Positions 8,627 through 18,400 of a stretch of 48,495 nt of DNA are shown here, piece after piece. The stretch is from Clostridia bacterium (GTDB lineage: Bacteria > Bacillota > Clostridia > Oscillospirales > CAG-272). The stretch lies in assembly GCA_017415325.1 (NCBI GenBank), contig JAFQGY010000346.1:1-48495 (forward strand), written 5' to 3'. Under the pieces are notes generated by a model. It was given only the letters and a program-made list of their open reading frames with translations, had not been told where the DNA came from and did not search any database. Position 1 is the first letter of the stretch. Every line of letters begins with the position of its first letter. The translations under genes and the position numbers were made by a program.

Positions 8627-10654
8627 ATGATGAAACTGACCAAATGGATCGGTGTGCTGGCAGGGCTGGCGGCAGGGACTGTCATGATCACCGGCGCCGC
8701 AGCGGAAACCGTTCCGGAAACATTGTCCCTCCTGTACAAAGGAGATCTGGTGCCTGTGTTTTTTGATGCAGACCGGCAGGAGGCATTTACAGAACCACAG
8801 GCAATTGTCTATGATGCACTTGCGGATGCCGTGAATTCCGGCGCAGAACGGGTGTCTGTAGCGGATGCGGCATATACGGATGTGGCGGAACTGCATGCTT
8901 TCGTGCAGGAAACGCTGAATGTGGAAGTGTACTGGCCCCATGTGGAACGGGAAGTGCAGTATAGTACCGATGACCAGACCGGCGTGGTGACAGAACTGCT
9001 TCTGACCTACTCTGCGGACGACCGGTACAGCTTTTCCGGGGAAACCAGTGCGGCCGCCGGCATCACCACCATCGAACAGGGTGTGGCACATGCCATGGCA
9101 GCCATCCGGGACGATATGACCGATCTGGAAAAGGTGCTGGCGATCCACGATTATCTGGTGCGGGAAGTGGATTACGATCCGGGGTATCCGGACAATATCA
9201 ATGAAGACTCCTACTGGCTCGAGGGCGTTTTCCTGAACCGGATTGCCGTGTGCAACGGGTATGCGCTGGCCTATTCCCATCTTCTGAGCCAGTGCGGCAT
9301 TGACTCCTATGTGGTTTCCTCCGACCCCATGAACCATGCCTGGAACCTGATTGAGCTGGACGGAACCTGGTACCATGCCGACGCCACCTGGGACGACCCC
9401 TCCAATCAGTGCGGCGGATTTGTGTACCATAAGTATTTCCTGAAAAGCGATGCGGAATTTGAAAACGAACTGGGGCATTACAGCTGGGTAATCCAGAACA
9501 GCGGCGGAACAGCGGCACCGGAAGCCACCGTCAGCGACAGCTTTGCCGGATATGCTTTCCGGGAAACGGCGGATGATGTGCGTCCCGGGATGCTGAACGA
9601 GCTGGACGGCACCTATTACTACCTGTCAAACGTGTGGGGCAGCAATACCATGTATGTTTCCGACATCTCCCGTACGGAGGTACAGCAGATCACCCTGCCG
9701 GTAACGGTGGAGTTTCTGTTCCTGTATGACGGGAAACTGTACGGAAATACCGCCAGCCGGGTCTACGAAATGGATCTGGCGGGGAATATCCTCCGTACGG
9801 TAGCGGCCTCTCCGGAGCAGATCGTCAATTTCTGGCTGAAGCTGGATACGCTGTCCTATTGTGTGCAGCATGGGGACGGAACCCAGTCCGTTCTGGATGT
9901 GGATCTGGTGAACGGCGCCACAAACCTGATTACGGAAAACGGCCTGACCTATATCATTAACGGCGGAAAGGCCACCCTGGTGGAAGCGGACGAAACCATC
10001 ATCGATCTGACAGTGCCGGCAGCGGTAAGCGGATACCCGGTGACGGCCATCGGTGCCTCTGCCCTGGAAGGAAACCGGAATCTGGTAACTGTGTTTCTCC
10101 CGGATGGACTGGAAACCATCGGAAACAGAGCGTTCATGCAGACCGGTCTGAGAAGGGTGGGCATCCCGGCTTCTGTAACCTATATCGGCGACATGGCGTT
10201 CTGGAACAACTATTCCATGACCATGATGACGATCGAAGGGAATCTGGACTATCTGGGCAATGAAGCGTTCAAATACTGTTACAGACTGGCGAATGTCTGG
10301 TTTGACGGAAATGCGCCCAGAACCGTGGGCACAAATGTATTTACGGAATGCGACGCTGATTTTACCATCTATTATAATGTAGGAACCACCGGCTGGAGCA
10401 CTCCCACCTGGTCCCCCAATGCCAATGAAAGCTACAACGCTGTCATGCTCACTCCCGTAGGGGATCTGACCGGTAATGGTACGGTGGATCAGGAGGACGT
10501 TTCCATGATCTCCGACTGGTTCGCCGGGAAGTATGCCGAAGTGCCCTTTGAAACCTACAAGGCCGACTTCAACGGCGACGGGAAGTTCAGCCGGGCGGAC
10601 GGTATGTATCTGGCAAGAGCACTGGCGGGCTGGGAAGGATACACCCTGAGCTGA
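8627..10654 (+). CDS. Secreted transglutaminase-like + LRR (BspA-type) + dockerin protein
   Basis: Signal peptide; AVCNGYALAY..HAWNLIELDGTWYHADATWDD; LRR IGNRAF/IGDMAF; C-terminal dockerin GDLTGNG..DFNGDGKFSRAD. Confidence 0.85.
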   Translation: MMKLTKWIGVLAGLAAGTVMITGAAAETVPETLSLLYKGDLVPVFFDADRQEAFTEPQAIVYDALADAVNSGAERVSVADAAYTDVAELHAFVQETLNVEVYWPHVEREVQYSTDDQTGVVTELLLTYSADDRYSFSGETSAAAGITTIEQGVAHAMAAIRDDMTDLEKVLAIHDYLVREVDYDPGYPDNINEDSYWLEGVFLNRIAVCNGYALAYSHLLSQCGIDSYVVSSDPMNHAWNLIELDGTWYHADATWDDPSNQCGGFVYHKYFLKSDAEFENELGHYSWVIQNSGGTAAPEATVSDSFAGYAFRETADDVRPGMLNELDGTYYYLSNVWGSNTMYVSDISRTEVQQITLPVTVEFLFLYDGKLYGNTASRVYEMDLAGNILRTVAASPEQIVNFWLKLDTLSYCVQHGDGTQSVLDVDLVNGATNLITENGLTYIINGGKATLVEADETIIDLTVPAAVSGYPVTAIGASALEGNRNLVTVFLPDGLETIGNRAFMQTGLRRVGIPASVTYIGDMAFWNNYSMTMMTIEGNLDYLGNEAFKYCYRLANVWFDGNAPRTVGTNVFTECDADFTIYYNVGTTGWSTPTWSPNANESYNAVMLTPVGDLTGNGTVDQEDVSMISDWFAGKYAEVPFETYKADFNGDGKFSRADGMYLARALAGWEGYTLS

Positions 10655-10718
10655 TCGACGCAGGAATGTTCTGCCGGAGAAACCGGTTTTATAACAGGAA
10701 TCACAGAGGAATAGTCAC

Positions 10719-12656
10719 ATGAAACTTCAGAAAACCATATCTGTCCTGACGGCGCTGTTGCTGACGATGCAGTGTGCTGTTCTGCCTGCATGGGCGGAAT
10801 CTGCAGAACCGGTACCGGCAGGCAGTTATCAGATCAACCCCATCGGCAGTGACCTTCTTCCGGAAGATCTGCCGGAACCCGAGGGGGAACAGGGCGAAAC
10901 GCTGTTTGTGGAGCAGGCAGCAGTATATTACACGACCGTGGAAGACGCAGCCGATGCGATCATGGATGCCATGAAGAGACGGGAAGCGGCCATTTCCGTA
11001 GGTGTCACCCGGGAAGTGTACGATATTCTGAACAGCACGGATGCGCATCCCCATAACGTCCTTTTTGACGCAGCCTGCGAGCACGATCCGGACGACCCCA
11101 CCGCCGGGGACTATACCGGTCAGCTGTACCACTACTGGCAATCCGATGCAACCAGCTGGAACGGAAACAACGCCACAATTGTCTATCATGTTATCTACCG
11201 CACAACGCTGGCGGAAGAACAGCTGGTGGATGCCGCCGTGGCTGAACTGGTGGCCCAATGGACTGCTGCAGACATGGAACCATACGATACCATCTGTACG
11301 ATCTATGACTACATTACCGAAAACGTGGTGTATGACTATGCCGGTCTGGATGCAGGGGATCTGCATGTCTATACGGCGTACAAGGGTCTGATCGAGGGTA
11401 CCGCCGTATGCATGGGGATTGCCAATCTGTTCTACCGGCTGGCCATGGAAATGGGGATTGACGCCCGGATGATCCACAGTATTGATCGGGAAAACCATAC
11501 CTGGAACATCGTGGAATTGGACGGGCTGTACTACAATCTGGACGCCACATGGGATCTGGGAACGAATCCTGTTGCGTACAATTATTTCCTCCTGAGCCCG
11601 GAAATCTTCGGTATCGGCCACAACCGCCGGAGTGATTACGACACAGCAGCATTCCATCAGGCGTATCCCATGGACACTGTGGGGTATCTGCCCTTTGAGG
11701 GATCTGATTCCGGTACCTGCGGGGAAAACCTGACCTGGACCCTGACGGACGAGGGGATTCTGTCCATCGAAGGCACCGGTGCCATGTACGACTACAATTT
11801 CCGCCGGAACGGAGAGAACTGTTCCCCCTGGAGCCCCTGGACGGCAAAAATCACCGGACTGAACATCGGTGAGGGCGTGTCCTATCTGGGAAACTGGGCA
11901 TTTATGGAGTGCGTTGGTCTGGATTCCATTGCGATTCCCGGCAGTGTTGAGAGAATCGGATCCGGCACCTTTGCGTTCTGTGAATGGTATACGGAACTGA
12001 CGCTGTCGGAAGGACTGCAGCATATCGGCGGCATGGCGTTTTACGGCTCCAAAATCGATACGCTGAACCTTCCTTCCACGCTGCAGACCATTGGCAGTCA
12101 GGCGTTTTCCTCCTGTCTCCGGATCACGGAGCTGACCATTCCGGAAAATGTGACAAACATCGGCGACATGGCCTTCTCCTATAATACCTCTCTGGAAACC
12201 CTGCGGATTCTGGGGGATCTGGACTATCTGGGCGTGCAGGCGTTCTCCTGGTGTTATCCCCTGACCCGTGTGGAATTCCATGGGGGTGTGCCGGGGACAT
12301 GGTGGTCAGGACTGTTCAGTGAAAACGACCAGGATCCCGTGATTTATGCCGCCCGCAGCGATGCGTGGACTCCCTATGAGGGGACGGACGGCAGCCTGCT
12401 GTGGAATGCACCGGACGGAACGGCATACAAGTTTGAGTGGCTGGACGGGGAGGAGACCCCCGGCGACCTGACCGGTGACGGAAAGACGGACGAAGACGAT
12501 GCCGCCATGATTTCCGCCTGGTTTGCCGGCATGTACGCGGAAATTCCCTTTGACCCCGAAATGGCCGACTGCAACGGTGACGGAAAATTCACCCGGGCGG
12601 ACGGTATGTATCTGGCAAGAGCACTGGCAGGCTGGGAAGGATATACCCTGCCGTGA
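10719..12656 (+). CDS. Secreted transglutaminase-like + LRR + dockerin protein
   Basis: AVCMGIANLF..HTWNIVELDGLYYNLDATWD; LRR cap GTCGENLTWTL; LRR repeats; dockerin GDLTGDG..DCNGDGKFTRAD. Confidence 0.85.
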   Translation: MKLQKTISVLTALLLTMQCAVLPAWAESAEPVPAGSYQINPIGSDLLPEDLPEPEGEQGETLFVEQAAVYYTTVEDAADAIMDAMKRREAAISVGVTREVYDILNSTDAHPHNVLFDAACEHDPDDPTAGDYTGQLYHYWQSDATSWNGNNATIVYHVIYRTTLAEEQLVDAAVAELVAQWTAADMEPYDTICTIYDYITENVVYDYAGLDAGDLHVYTAYKGLIEGTAVCMGIANLFYRLAMEMGIDARMIHSIDRENHTWNIVELDGLYYNLDATWDLGTNPVAYNYFLLSPEIFGIGHNRRSDYDTAAFHQAYPMDTVGYLPFEGSDSGTCGENLTWTLTDEGILSIEGTGAMYDYNFRRNGENCSPWSPWTAKITGLNIGEGVSYLGNWAFMECVGLDSIAIPGSVERIGSGTFAFCEWYTELTLSEGLQHIGGMAFYGSKIDTLNLPSTLQTIGSQAFSSCLRITELTIPENVTNIGDMAFSYNTSLETLRILGDLDYLGVQAFSWCYPLTRVEFHGGVPGTWWSGLFSENDQDPVIYAARSDAWTPYEGTDGSLLWNAPDGTAYKFEWLDGEETPGDLTGDGKTDEDDAAMISAWFAGMYAEIPFDPEMADCNGDGKFTRADGMYLARALAGWEGYTLP

Positions 12657-12760
12657 CCTTCTGCCATGCGGCTTCCCGCTAAAACGGACGCCGGAACGCA
12701 AACTCCCATGCAATGGACATCTGTATCTGTGGGTACGGAGGTCCGGAAAGGAAACATATC

Positions 12761-15700
12761 ATGCAAATCAAAAAATGGTTGTCCCTGTTCACGGCGCTGC
12801 TTCTGGTGGTCCAGAGTGCGGTGGTACTGACAGGGGCGGAAGAACCCGCTGTTTCTCTGACAGATGTTTCTGCTGATCCCGGAGCGGCGGTGGTATACGA
12901 AGCAGAAGAAACGGCGGCAGCAGAACCGGGGACTTCCTCCACAGCCAGTGCCATGGCAGCAGCGGCGGCATCCGGTCTGTATATCACCGATTCCTATGTG
13001 AACCCGCTGTATGAAGGGCTGACCATCGGCGAACTGCCTGCCGACACAGCAGAATCCGGTTTCCGGCTGATGACGGAAGAAGCGGACGTTGTGTTCCACG
13101 ATACCGCAGAAGAAGCGGCGGAGGTTCTGCTGGATGGGATGAAAGCCAGAGAATCTGTCATTGTTCTGGGGGTTACTGCGGAACTGTATGACCGGCTGGC
13201 GGCCATCACCTCTGCCCACAAGGAAATTTTCTATGCGGCGTATGCCCATGACCCGGCAGACCCCACCGGCGGGGACTATATCCGGTTCACCTTCGGCGGA
13301 TGGAACGGTGCCGGTGTCAAGTCGGACGAAGGCTGGACGCTGACCTACTACTTTGATTACTACACCACGCTGGCAGAAGAAGAAGCTGTGGACGCCAAAG
13401 TGGAAGAGCTGACTGCAGCATGGAAAGCCATGGACATGACGGAGTATCAGATTGTCCGCACCATTTATGAATATATCACCGAAAACGTAACCTATGACGA
13501 TGCCGGTCTGACTGCCTACAGGAATGCCGTCAGCAGCGATACCCTGACCATGAACCACTGCAAGATCTTTACGGCGTACAAGGCACTGATCAAAGGTACG
13601 GCTGTATGCCAGGGATTTGCGAATCTGTTCTACCGGCTGGCGCTGGAGATGGGTGTGGATGCCCGGATTATCGCCAGTGTCAAAGCGGAAAACCATGCAT
13701 GGAATATCGTGAAGCTGGGCAGATGGTACTACAATGTGGACGCCACCTGGGATGCCGAAAACGTGGAAACGGGGTATCTGTGGTTCCTGCTGAACGAGGA
13801 GGAATTTTCCGTCAAGCACACCCGCCGGGCGGAATTTGATACGGAAGCATTCCATGAAGCGTATCCCATGGGGGAAAGTATGTATGTGGGCATCGATGAA
13901 ACCATGACCGGTGCCTGCGGGGACGGTGTATACTGGACATTGACAGCCGATGGAAATCTCATTATTTCCGGGAACGGAAAAACGGATGCGTTTACGCTGG
14001 AAGGAACCGCACCATGGTATCCATACCGGGAAAGTATCCGGTGTCTCACTGTGGAAGAAGGGGTTACGGAGATCGGATATGCAGCATTCTGTGACTGCAC
14101 CAGTCTGGAAAGTCTGTCTTTACATGACGGCATTACAGATATGCACCCTTATGTATTTTATAACTGCAAATCTCTTACGTCTTTCTCTCTGCCGGCAAGT
14201 TCCCCCTGTGTGAATGCCAATGTGTTTGAAGGCTGTACTTCCCTCAGAGATGTGTATCTGCATGACAATACCTATGTTATTTATTTTGAGGCATTCAAAG
14301 GCTGTACGGCATTGACGGAAATTGCTGTGCCGCAGGATGTTTTTATGATCGGAACGGGTGCATTTGAAGACTGTACCAATCTGGAAGGCATCTATTTCTA
14401 TGGCAGTGATTTCTATTTTGAAGGGAATTATGATTTCCTTGTCAACGTCACACCGACACTGTATTATGTTGCCGGGACTGCACACTGGGAAAACTGGCCG
14501 AATGCGGTACCGTTCGAACCGGATATGTCTCATGTACAACTGCCGGTTTCCGGAAAGTGCGGAGAAAATGTCACATGGACACTGGATCAGTACGGTGTTC
14601 TGACACTGTCCGGCACAGGAGAGACTGCGTGGAGTACGTACTCCGGGAATGCTCCCTGGTACAGCTACCGTTCTCTGATTCGGAAATTGGTTGTGGAAGA
14701 GGGGATAACTGTACTCAGCGATAGACTTGTCGATGACTGTGTCCGTTTGGAAGAAATAGAAATCAGCAGTTCTGTGACCGGGATAAAGGGGAGATTCTAT
14801 GGCTGTACGGCTATGGAAACCTTTGAATGGCCAGTATCCGGTACATCTGATTTTGGGATCGAATGCTGGCATTCCCTGAAGGAACTTCATATTCCGGATA
14901 CGGTAACAGAGCTCGGCTATATTACCCATTGTACTTCACTGGAAGAACTGCATATCCCGGCTGGGATTACTGCACTGAAGGCATTCGGGATCAATAATAA
15001 CCCGAATCTTCAGAAAATCTATTTTTACAGTACAGAGGATCCCGCCGGCTATTTCAGTGAGAATGCAATATACAACACCAATGCAACCCTGTATTATCCT
15101 GTAGGTGCGAAAGGTTGGACAGAACCGGAATGGACTGCTCCGGACGGAAGTGTATACAGAACGGAGATGTATGTGCCTGAGGATCATACACATACATACG
15201 AAATTACTGTAAAGATTGATCCGACATGTACGGAAGCAGGCAGCATTACGTATACCTGCCCGGTATGTAAGGATACCTATACCGAAGAAATTTCTCCCAA
15301 GGGGCATGCCTACGGTACTCTGGTGGTTGTGGAGTCCGCTACTGTTCTGGAGGAAGGCCGCGGATATTACCAGTGCGGGAACTGCGGCATCAGGCAGGAA
15401 AAGACAATCGCAAAGCTTACTGTGGATGCAAATGATCCGAATTATGGAATCGCATACTTTACAGTAATAGATGCAAACACACTGGAACCGCTGGAAAATA
15501 TCCATATTCTGGTGGCAACGGCCAAAGATGGTGAATGCACACTGACAACGGATGCATACGGAAAAGCGGCTCAGATTCTTCCTGTCGGCAAACAGAACAT
15601 CTCCGTGTATGCCAAGGGGTATCTGACCAGAAATCTGACCATTACCGTTGCTCTCGGTGAAAACAGTCTGCCGTATATTGGTATGAGTACCAAACCTGTT

Positions 15701-18166
15701 GTGGAGTCGGAAATCATCATCACGGAAATGACCCTGGAAGAAATCATAGACGCGGGTATTGATGTAGCAGACCCGGATAATACCCATATTTTCAAACATT
15801 CCGTGAAAATTACCTTTACTCCGGAAATAGATGTCATCTCCCTGGATGCCTATTTTGACGATACCGGGAAATATAAAGGAGGTTCCTATACGCCGCCGAG
15901 TGGTCCCAACAATGAAGACGGAGGCGGCGGTGGAGATGATGACCCCTCAGATGACGGATCCGAAGAAGAGGACCCCGATTCTCCTTCCGAATCAACGCCG
16001 GTACATAAGGATTTCACCGACAATAAATTCACATATCCTCAGAAAGATGGAACCATCATTTCTGTATATCCTGTTTCCGAAAAGTTTTATCTGATTGTGT
16101 ACGGGGAAACCAAGTGGCTCAAGGAAATGTTTGATGTGGAAATGCTGATTGTGAACAATTCCGGTGTGGATGCCCTGTACGATCTGGAAGCGGAAATTTC
16201 TCTCCCGGATGGTCTTGCGCTGGCAGATTTGGTGTCCGGTCAGCAGTCTGCTCTGGTTCCCCTGTCTTTTGTGGGGGTAAAGAGCCAGACATCCGTACAC
16301 TGGTATGTGCGCGGGGACGAAGAAGGCACCTATACCATTGACGCTTCTTTGCGGGGGCTTATCGGAGCATATGCACAGGAATTTGCATATACCTATACGT
16401 CTGATGCCATTCATGTATATGCCGGGAACGCACTGCATATGAATGTGATCCTGCCCTATTCCACGTATTACGGAGATGACTACACTGTCCGGATTGAACT
16501 GGAAAATGTTTCTCCAAGAACCTTGTATGGTGTCCGGTATACCATTCCCGGTCTGGAACAGGGACAGGCAGTGTGGTATCATGACGGTTCTGTGAAAGAA
16601 ACGGTTCTGCTGACTGCCGGCAATGCGGAAGTCATTCAGGCGGATACTTTCCTGCCGGGTGACAAGATTGTGGTGGAAGTGTCCAGTAATATTCTGTTCC
16701 AGTCAGAAATGATGGAATACCAGAAACAGAAGCTGGGCGAACAAATCGGCAGAACCAAAGCTATGGTGGAGCTGTACGATTATGCTTCCAAACTCATGGA
16801 AGTTGCGGAATTTGTGATTTCATTCAGCAAAGGAGCACTGATTGCTATTGGAGAATTTGTGCTGGAAGAAATTGTGGAAGAAGCTATGAAACCGGACGCC
16901 GAACTGCTGACGGCTGCCATAGAAAATATCGTACGGATTGCATCGGAAGATGCCAGTGCAGCTTCTCTGGATACCATGATGCGTCTGCAGTCCAATGAAT
17001 TGTACGGTGGTCTGGCAGACAGTCTGGCAAGTCCGGAACAGTATACAGCATACCTGAATTCGCTGTCCGGTAACCATTTGAAAGCTCTTGCCGCCTCTGT
17101 TGCGGTGCTTAGCCTGCAGCTGGAAGCATCTGATGTGAGTGATATTCTGGATTCCATTCGTACTATGGTAGAAGCACTTCCCGTGGCATTCTTCGTGGAA
17201 GATGTGGTGGTATCTACGCTGGACGGATCTACAACGTCCATTCCGTACACCATTAGTCTGGACACTACCAAAAAAGTGCAGTATTTCGGAATCGACAGCA
17301 TGGACGATTACCTGCGCAGTATGCTGATTGCAGCGGTAGGGAAAACAAAGGAACCGTTGTATCAGAATATCCGGATTGAGTCGGATATCAAGGATTATAA
17401 GTCGGCCGAAAAATATCTGAAGATCCAGAAGGAACAGATTGCCGCATTCTCAGCAGCGGATGCTACCGGCGAAACCGAATTCAAAATGTATCTTGTATCG
17501 GAGGACGGGCAGAGATCGGCAGCAGAACTGACAGAACGGTTTACGGTTTCCTGTACCAACGATACAGCGGCATATTCCAACGGAGTGCTGTCCTTCACTG
17601 GCGGCGCCATGCTGGAACTGCTTCCTACAGGAGATATGGGCGGCACAGTATGTGTGACTGCCAACGATCAGGTGCTGCGTACCTATACTATCGAAGTGGT
17701 TGAAACCCATACCTGCACTTCTGATACATGGGTCATTGAACAGTGCCAGACAGAAAGTTATGCCGGTCTGCGGGCCAAATACTGCGATATCTGTGAGCAG
17801 ACAATTGTTCTGGAACCCATCGCCCCCTGTGAGGAGCATATCTGGGGAGAAACAGTTGTAGAAGTAAAAGCAGCAGAAGATATGGACGGAATTTCCTACC
17901 AGGCGTGCGAAACCTGCGGACACCGGACATATGCGTTTTATGCATACCAGCCGGAACCGGAAAGACCTGTGGGCGACTTCACCGGTGACGGAGAGGTCAC
18001 ACTGGAAGACGCCGACCTGCTTGCGGAGTATTTTGCCGGATATCCGGTACAGATTGACAAAGCGGCCGCTGACATCAACGGCGACGGCAAGCTGACCCGT
18101 GCGGATGCGATGATCCTGAAACGGTATCTGGCCGGCTGGGCGGGATATGACCGGTACTTCGGCTGA
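12761..18166 (+). CDS. Large secreted transglutaminase-like + 2 LRR blocks + Cys/His repeats + beta-sandwich region + dockerin protein
   Basis: RBS AAAGGA; AVCQGFANLF..HAWNIVKLGRWYYNVDATWD; two G.CG..V.W.L LRR caps; HTHTY..PTCTEAG..CPVC repeats; dockerin GDFTGDG..DINGDGKLTRAD. Confidence 0.85.
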   Translation: MQIKKWLSLFTALLLVVQSAVVLTGAEEPAVSLTDVSADPGAAVVYEAEETAAAEPGTSSTASAMAAAAASGLYITDSYVNPLYEGLTIGELPADTAESGFRLMTEEADVVFHDTAEEAAEVLLDGMKARESVIVLGVTAELYDRLAAITSAHKEIFYAAYAHDPADPTGGDYIRFTFGGWNGAGVKSDEGWTLTYYFDYYTTLAEEEAVDAKVEELTAAWKAMDMTEYQIVRTIYEYITENVTYDDAGLTAYRNAVSSDTLTMNHCKIFTAYKALIKGTAVCQGFANLFYRLALEMGVDARIIASVKAENHAWNIVKLGRWYYNVDATWDAENVETGYLWFLLNEEEFSVKHTRRAEFDTEAFHEAYPMGESMYVGIDETMTGACGDGVYWTLTADGNLIISGNGKTDAFTLEGTAPWYPYRESIRCLTVEEGVTEIGYAAFCDCTSLESLSLHDGITDMHPYVFYNCKSLTSFSLPASSPCVNANVFEGCTSLRDVYLHDNTYVIYFEAFKGCTALTEIAVPQDVFMIGTGAFEDCTNLEGIYFYGSDFYFEGNYDFLVNVTPTLYYVAGTAHWENWPNAVPFEPDMSHVQLPVSGKCGENVTWTLDQYGVLTLSGTGETAWSTYSGNAPWYSYRSLIRKLVVEEGITVLSDRLVDDCVRLEEIEISSSVTGIKGRFYGCTAMETFEWPVSGTSDFGIECWHSLKELHIPDTVTELGYITHCTSLEELHIPAGITALKAFGINNNPNLQKIYFYSTEDPAGYFSENAIYNTNATLYYPVGAKGWTEPEWTAPDGSVYRTEMYVPEDHTHTYEITVKIDPTCTEAGSITYTCPVCKDTYTEEISPKGHAYGTLVVVESATVLEEGRGYYQCGNCGIRQEKTIAKLTVDANDPNYGIAYFTVIDANTLEPLENIHILVATAKDGECTLTTDAYGKAAQILPVGKQNISVYAKGYLTRNLTITVALGENSLPYIGMSTKPVVESEIIITEMTLEEIIDAGIDVADPDNTHIFKHSVKITFTPEIDVISLDAYFDDTGKYKGGSYTPPSGPNNEDGGGGGDDDPSDDGSEEEDPDSPSESTPVHKDFTDNKFTYPQKDGTIISVYPVSEKFYLIVYGETKWLKEMFDVEMLIVNNSGVDALYDLEAEISLPDGLALADLVSGQQSALVPLSFVGVKSQTSVHWYVRGDEEGTYTIDASLRGLIGAYAQEFAYTYTSDAIHVYAGNALHMNVILPYSTYYGDDYTVRIELENVSPRTLYGVRYTIPGLEQGQAVWYHDGSVKETVLLTAGNAEVIQADTFLPGDKIVVEVSSNILFQSEMMEYQKQKLGEQIGRTKAMVELYDYASKLMEVAEFVISFSKGALIAIGEFVLEEIVEEAMKPDAELLTAAIENIVRIASEDASAASLDTMMRLQSNELYGGLADSLASPEQYTAYLNSLSGNHLKALAASVAVLSLQLEASDVSDILDSIRTMVEALPVAFFVEDVVVSTLDGSTTSIPYTISLDTTKKVQYFGIDSMDDYLRSMLIAAVGKTKEPLYQNIRIESDIKDYKSAEKYLKIQKEQIAAFSAADATGETEFKMYLVSEDGQRSAAELTERFTVSCTNDTAAYSNGVLSFTGGAMLELLPTGDMGGTVCVTANDQVLRTYTIEVVETHTCTSDTWVIEQCQTESYAGLRAKYCDICEQTIVLEPIAPCEEHIWGETVVEVKAAEDMDGISYQACETCGHRTYAFYAYQPEPERPVGDFTGDGEVTLEDADLLAEYFAGYPVQIDKAAADINGDGKLTRADAMILKRYLAGWAGYDRYFG

Positions 18167-18223
18167 AACAGGGATCGTGCCGCAGATTGTCCTGCATATT
18201 TGCAATTTTGTATATCCTTCCGA

Positions 18224-18270
18224 AACACCATGGGGGAGAAGGCCTCTCCTGTGGTGTTTTGTTTTTTGTT
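18224..18270 (+). terminator. Intrinsic terminator
   Basis: AACACCATGGGGGAG-AAGGC-CTCTCCTGTGGTGTT followed by T tract. Confidence 0.8.
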
Positions 18271-18400
18271 TTTCGGTAAACTGCCAAATTTTTCTATACC
18301 GGTATATGATGGACAGATGGTGTCCATGCAGAATGGTATAATAGAAACAACATCAGAATGCCGGACGTTCGGCTTTTGGAGAGGGAAGGAGAGTATTTGT

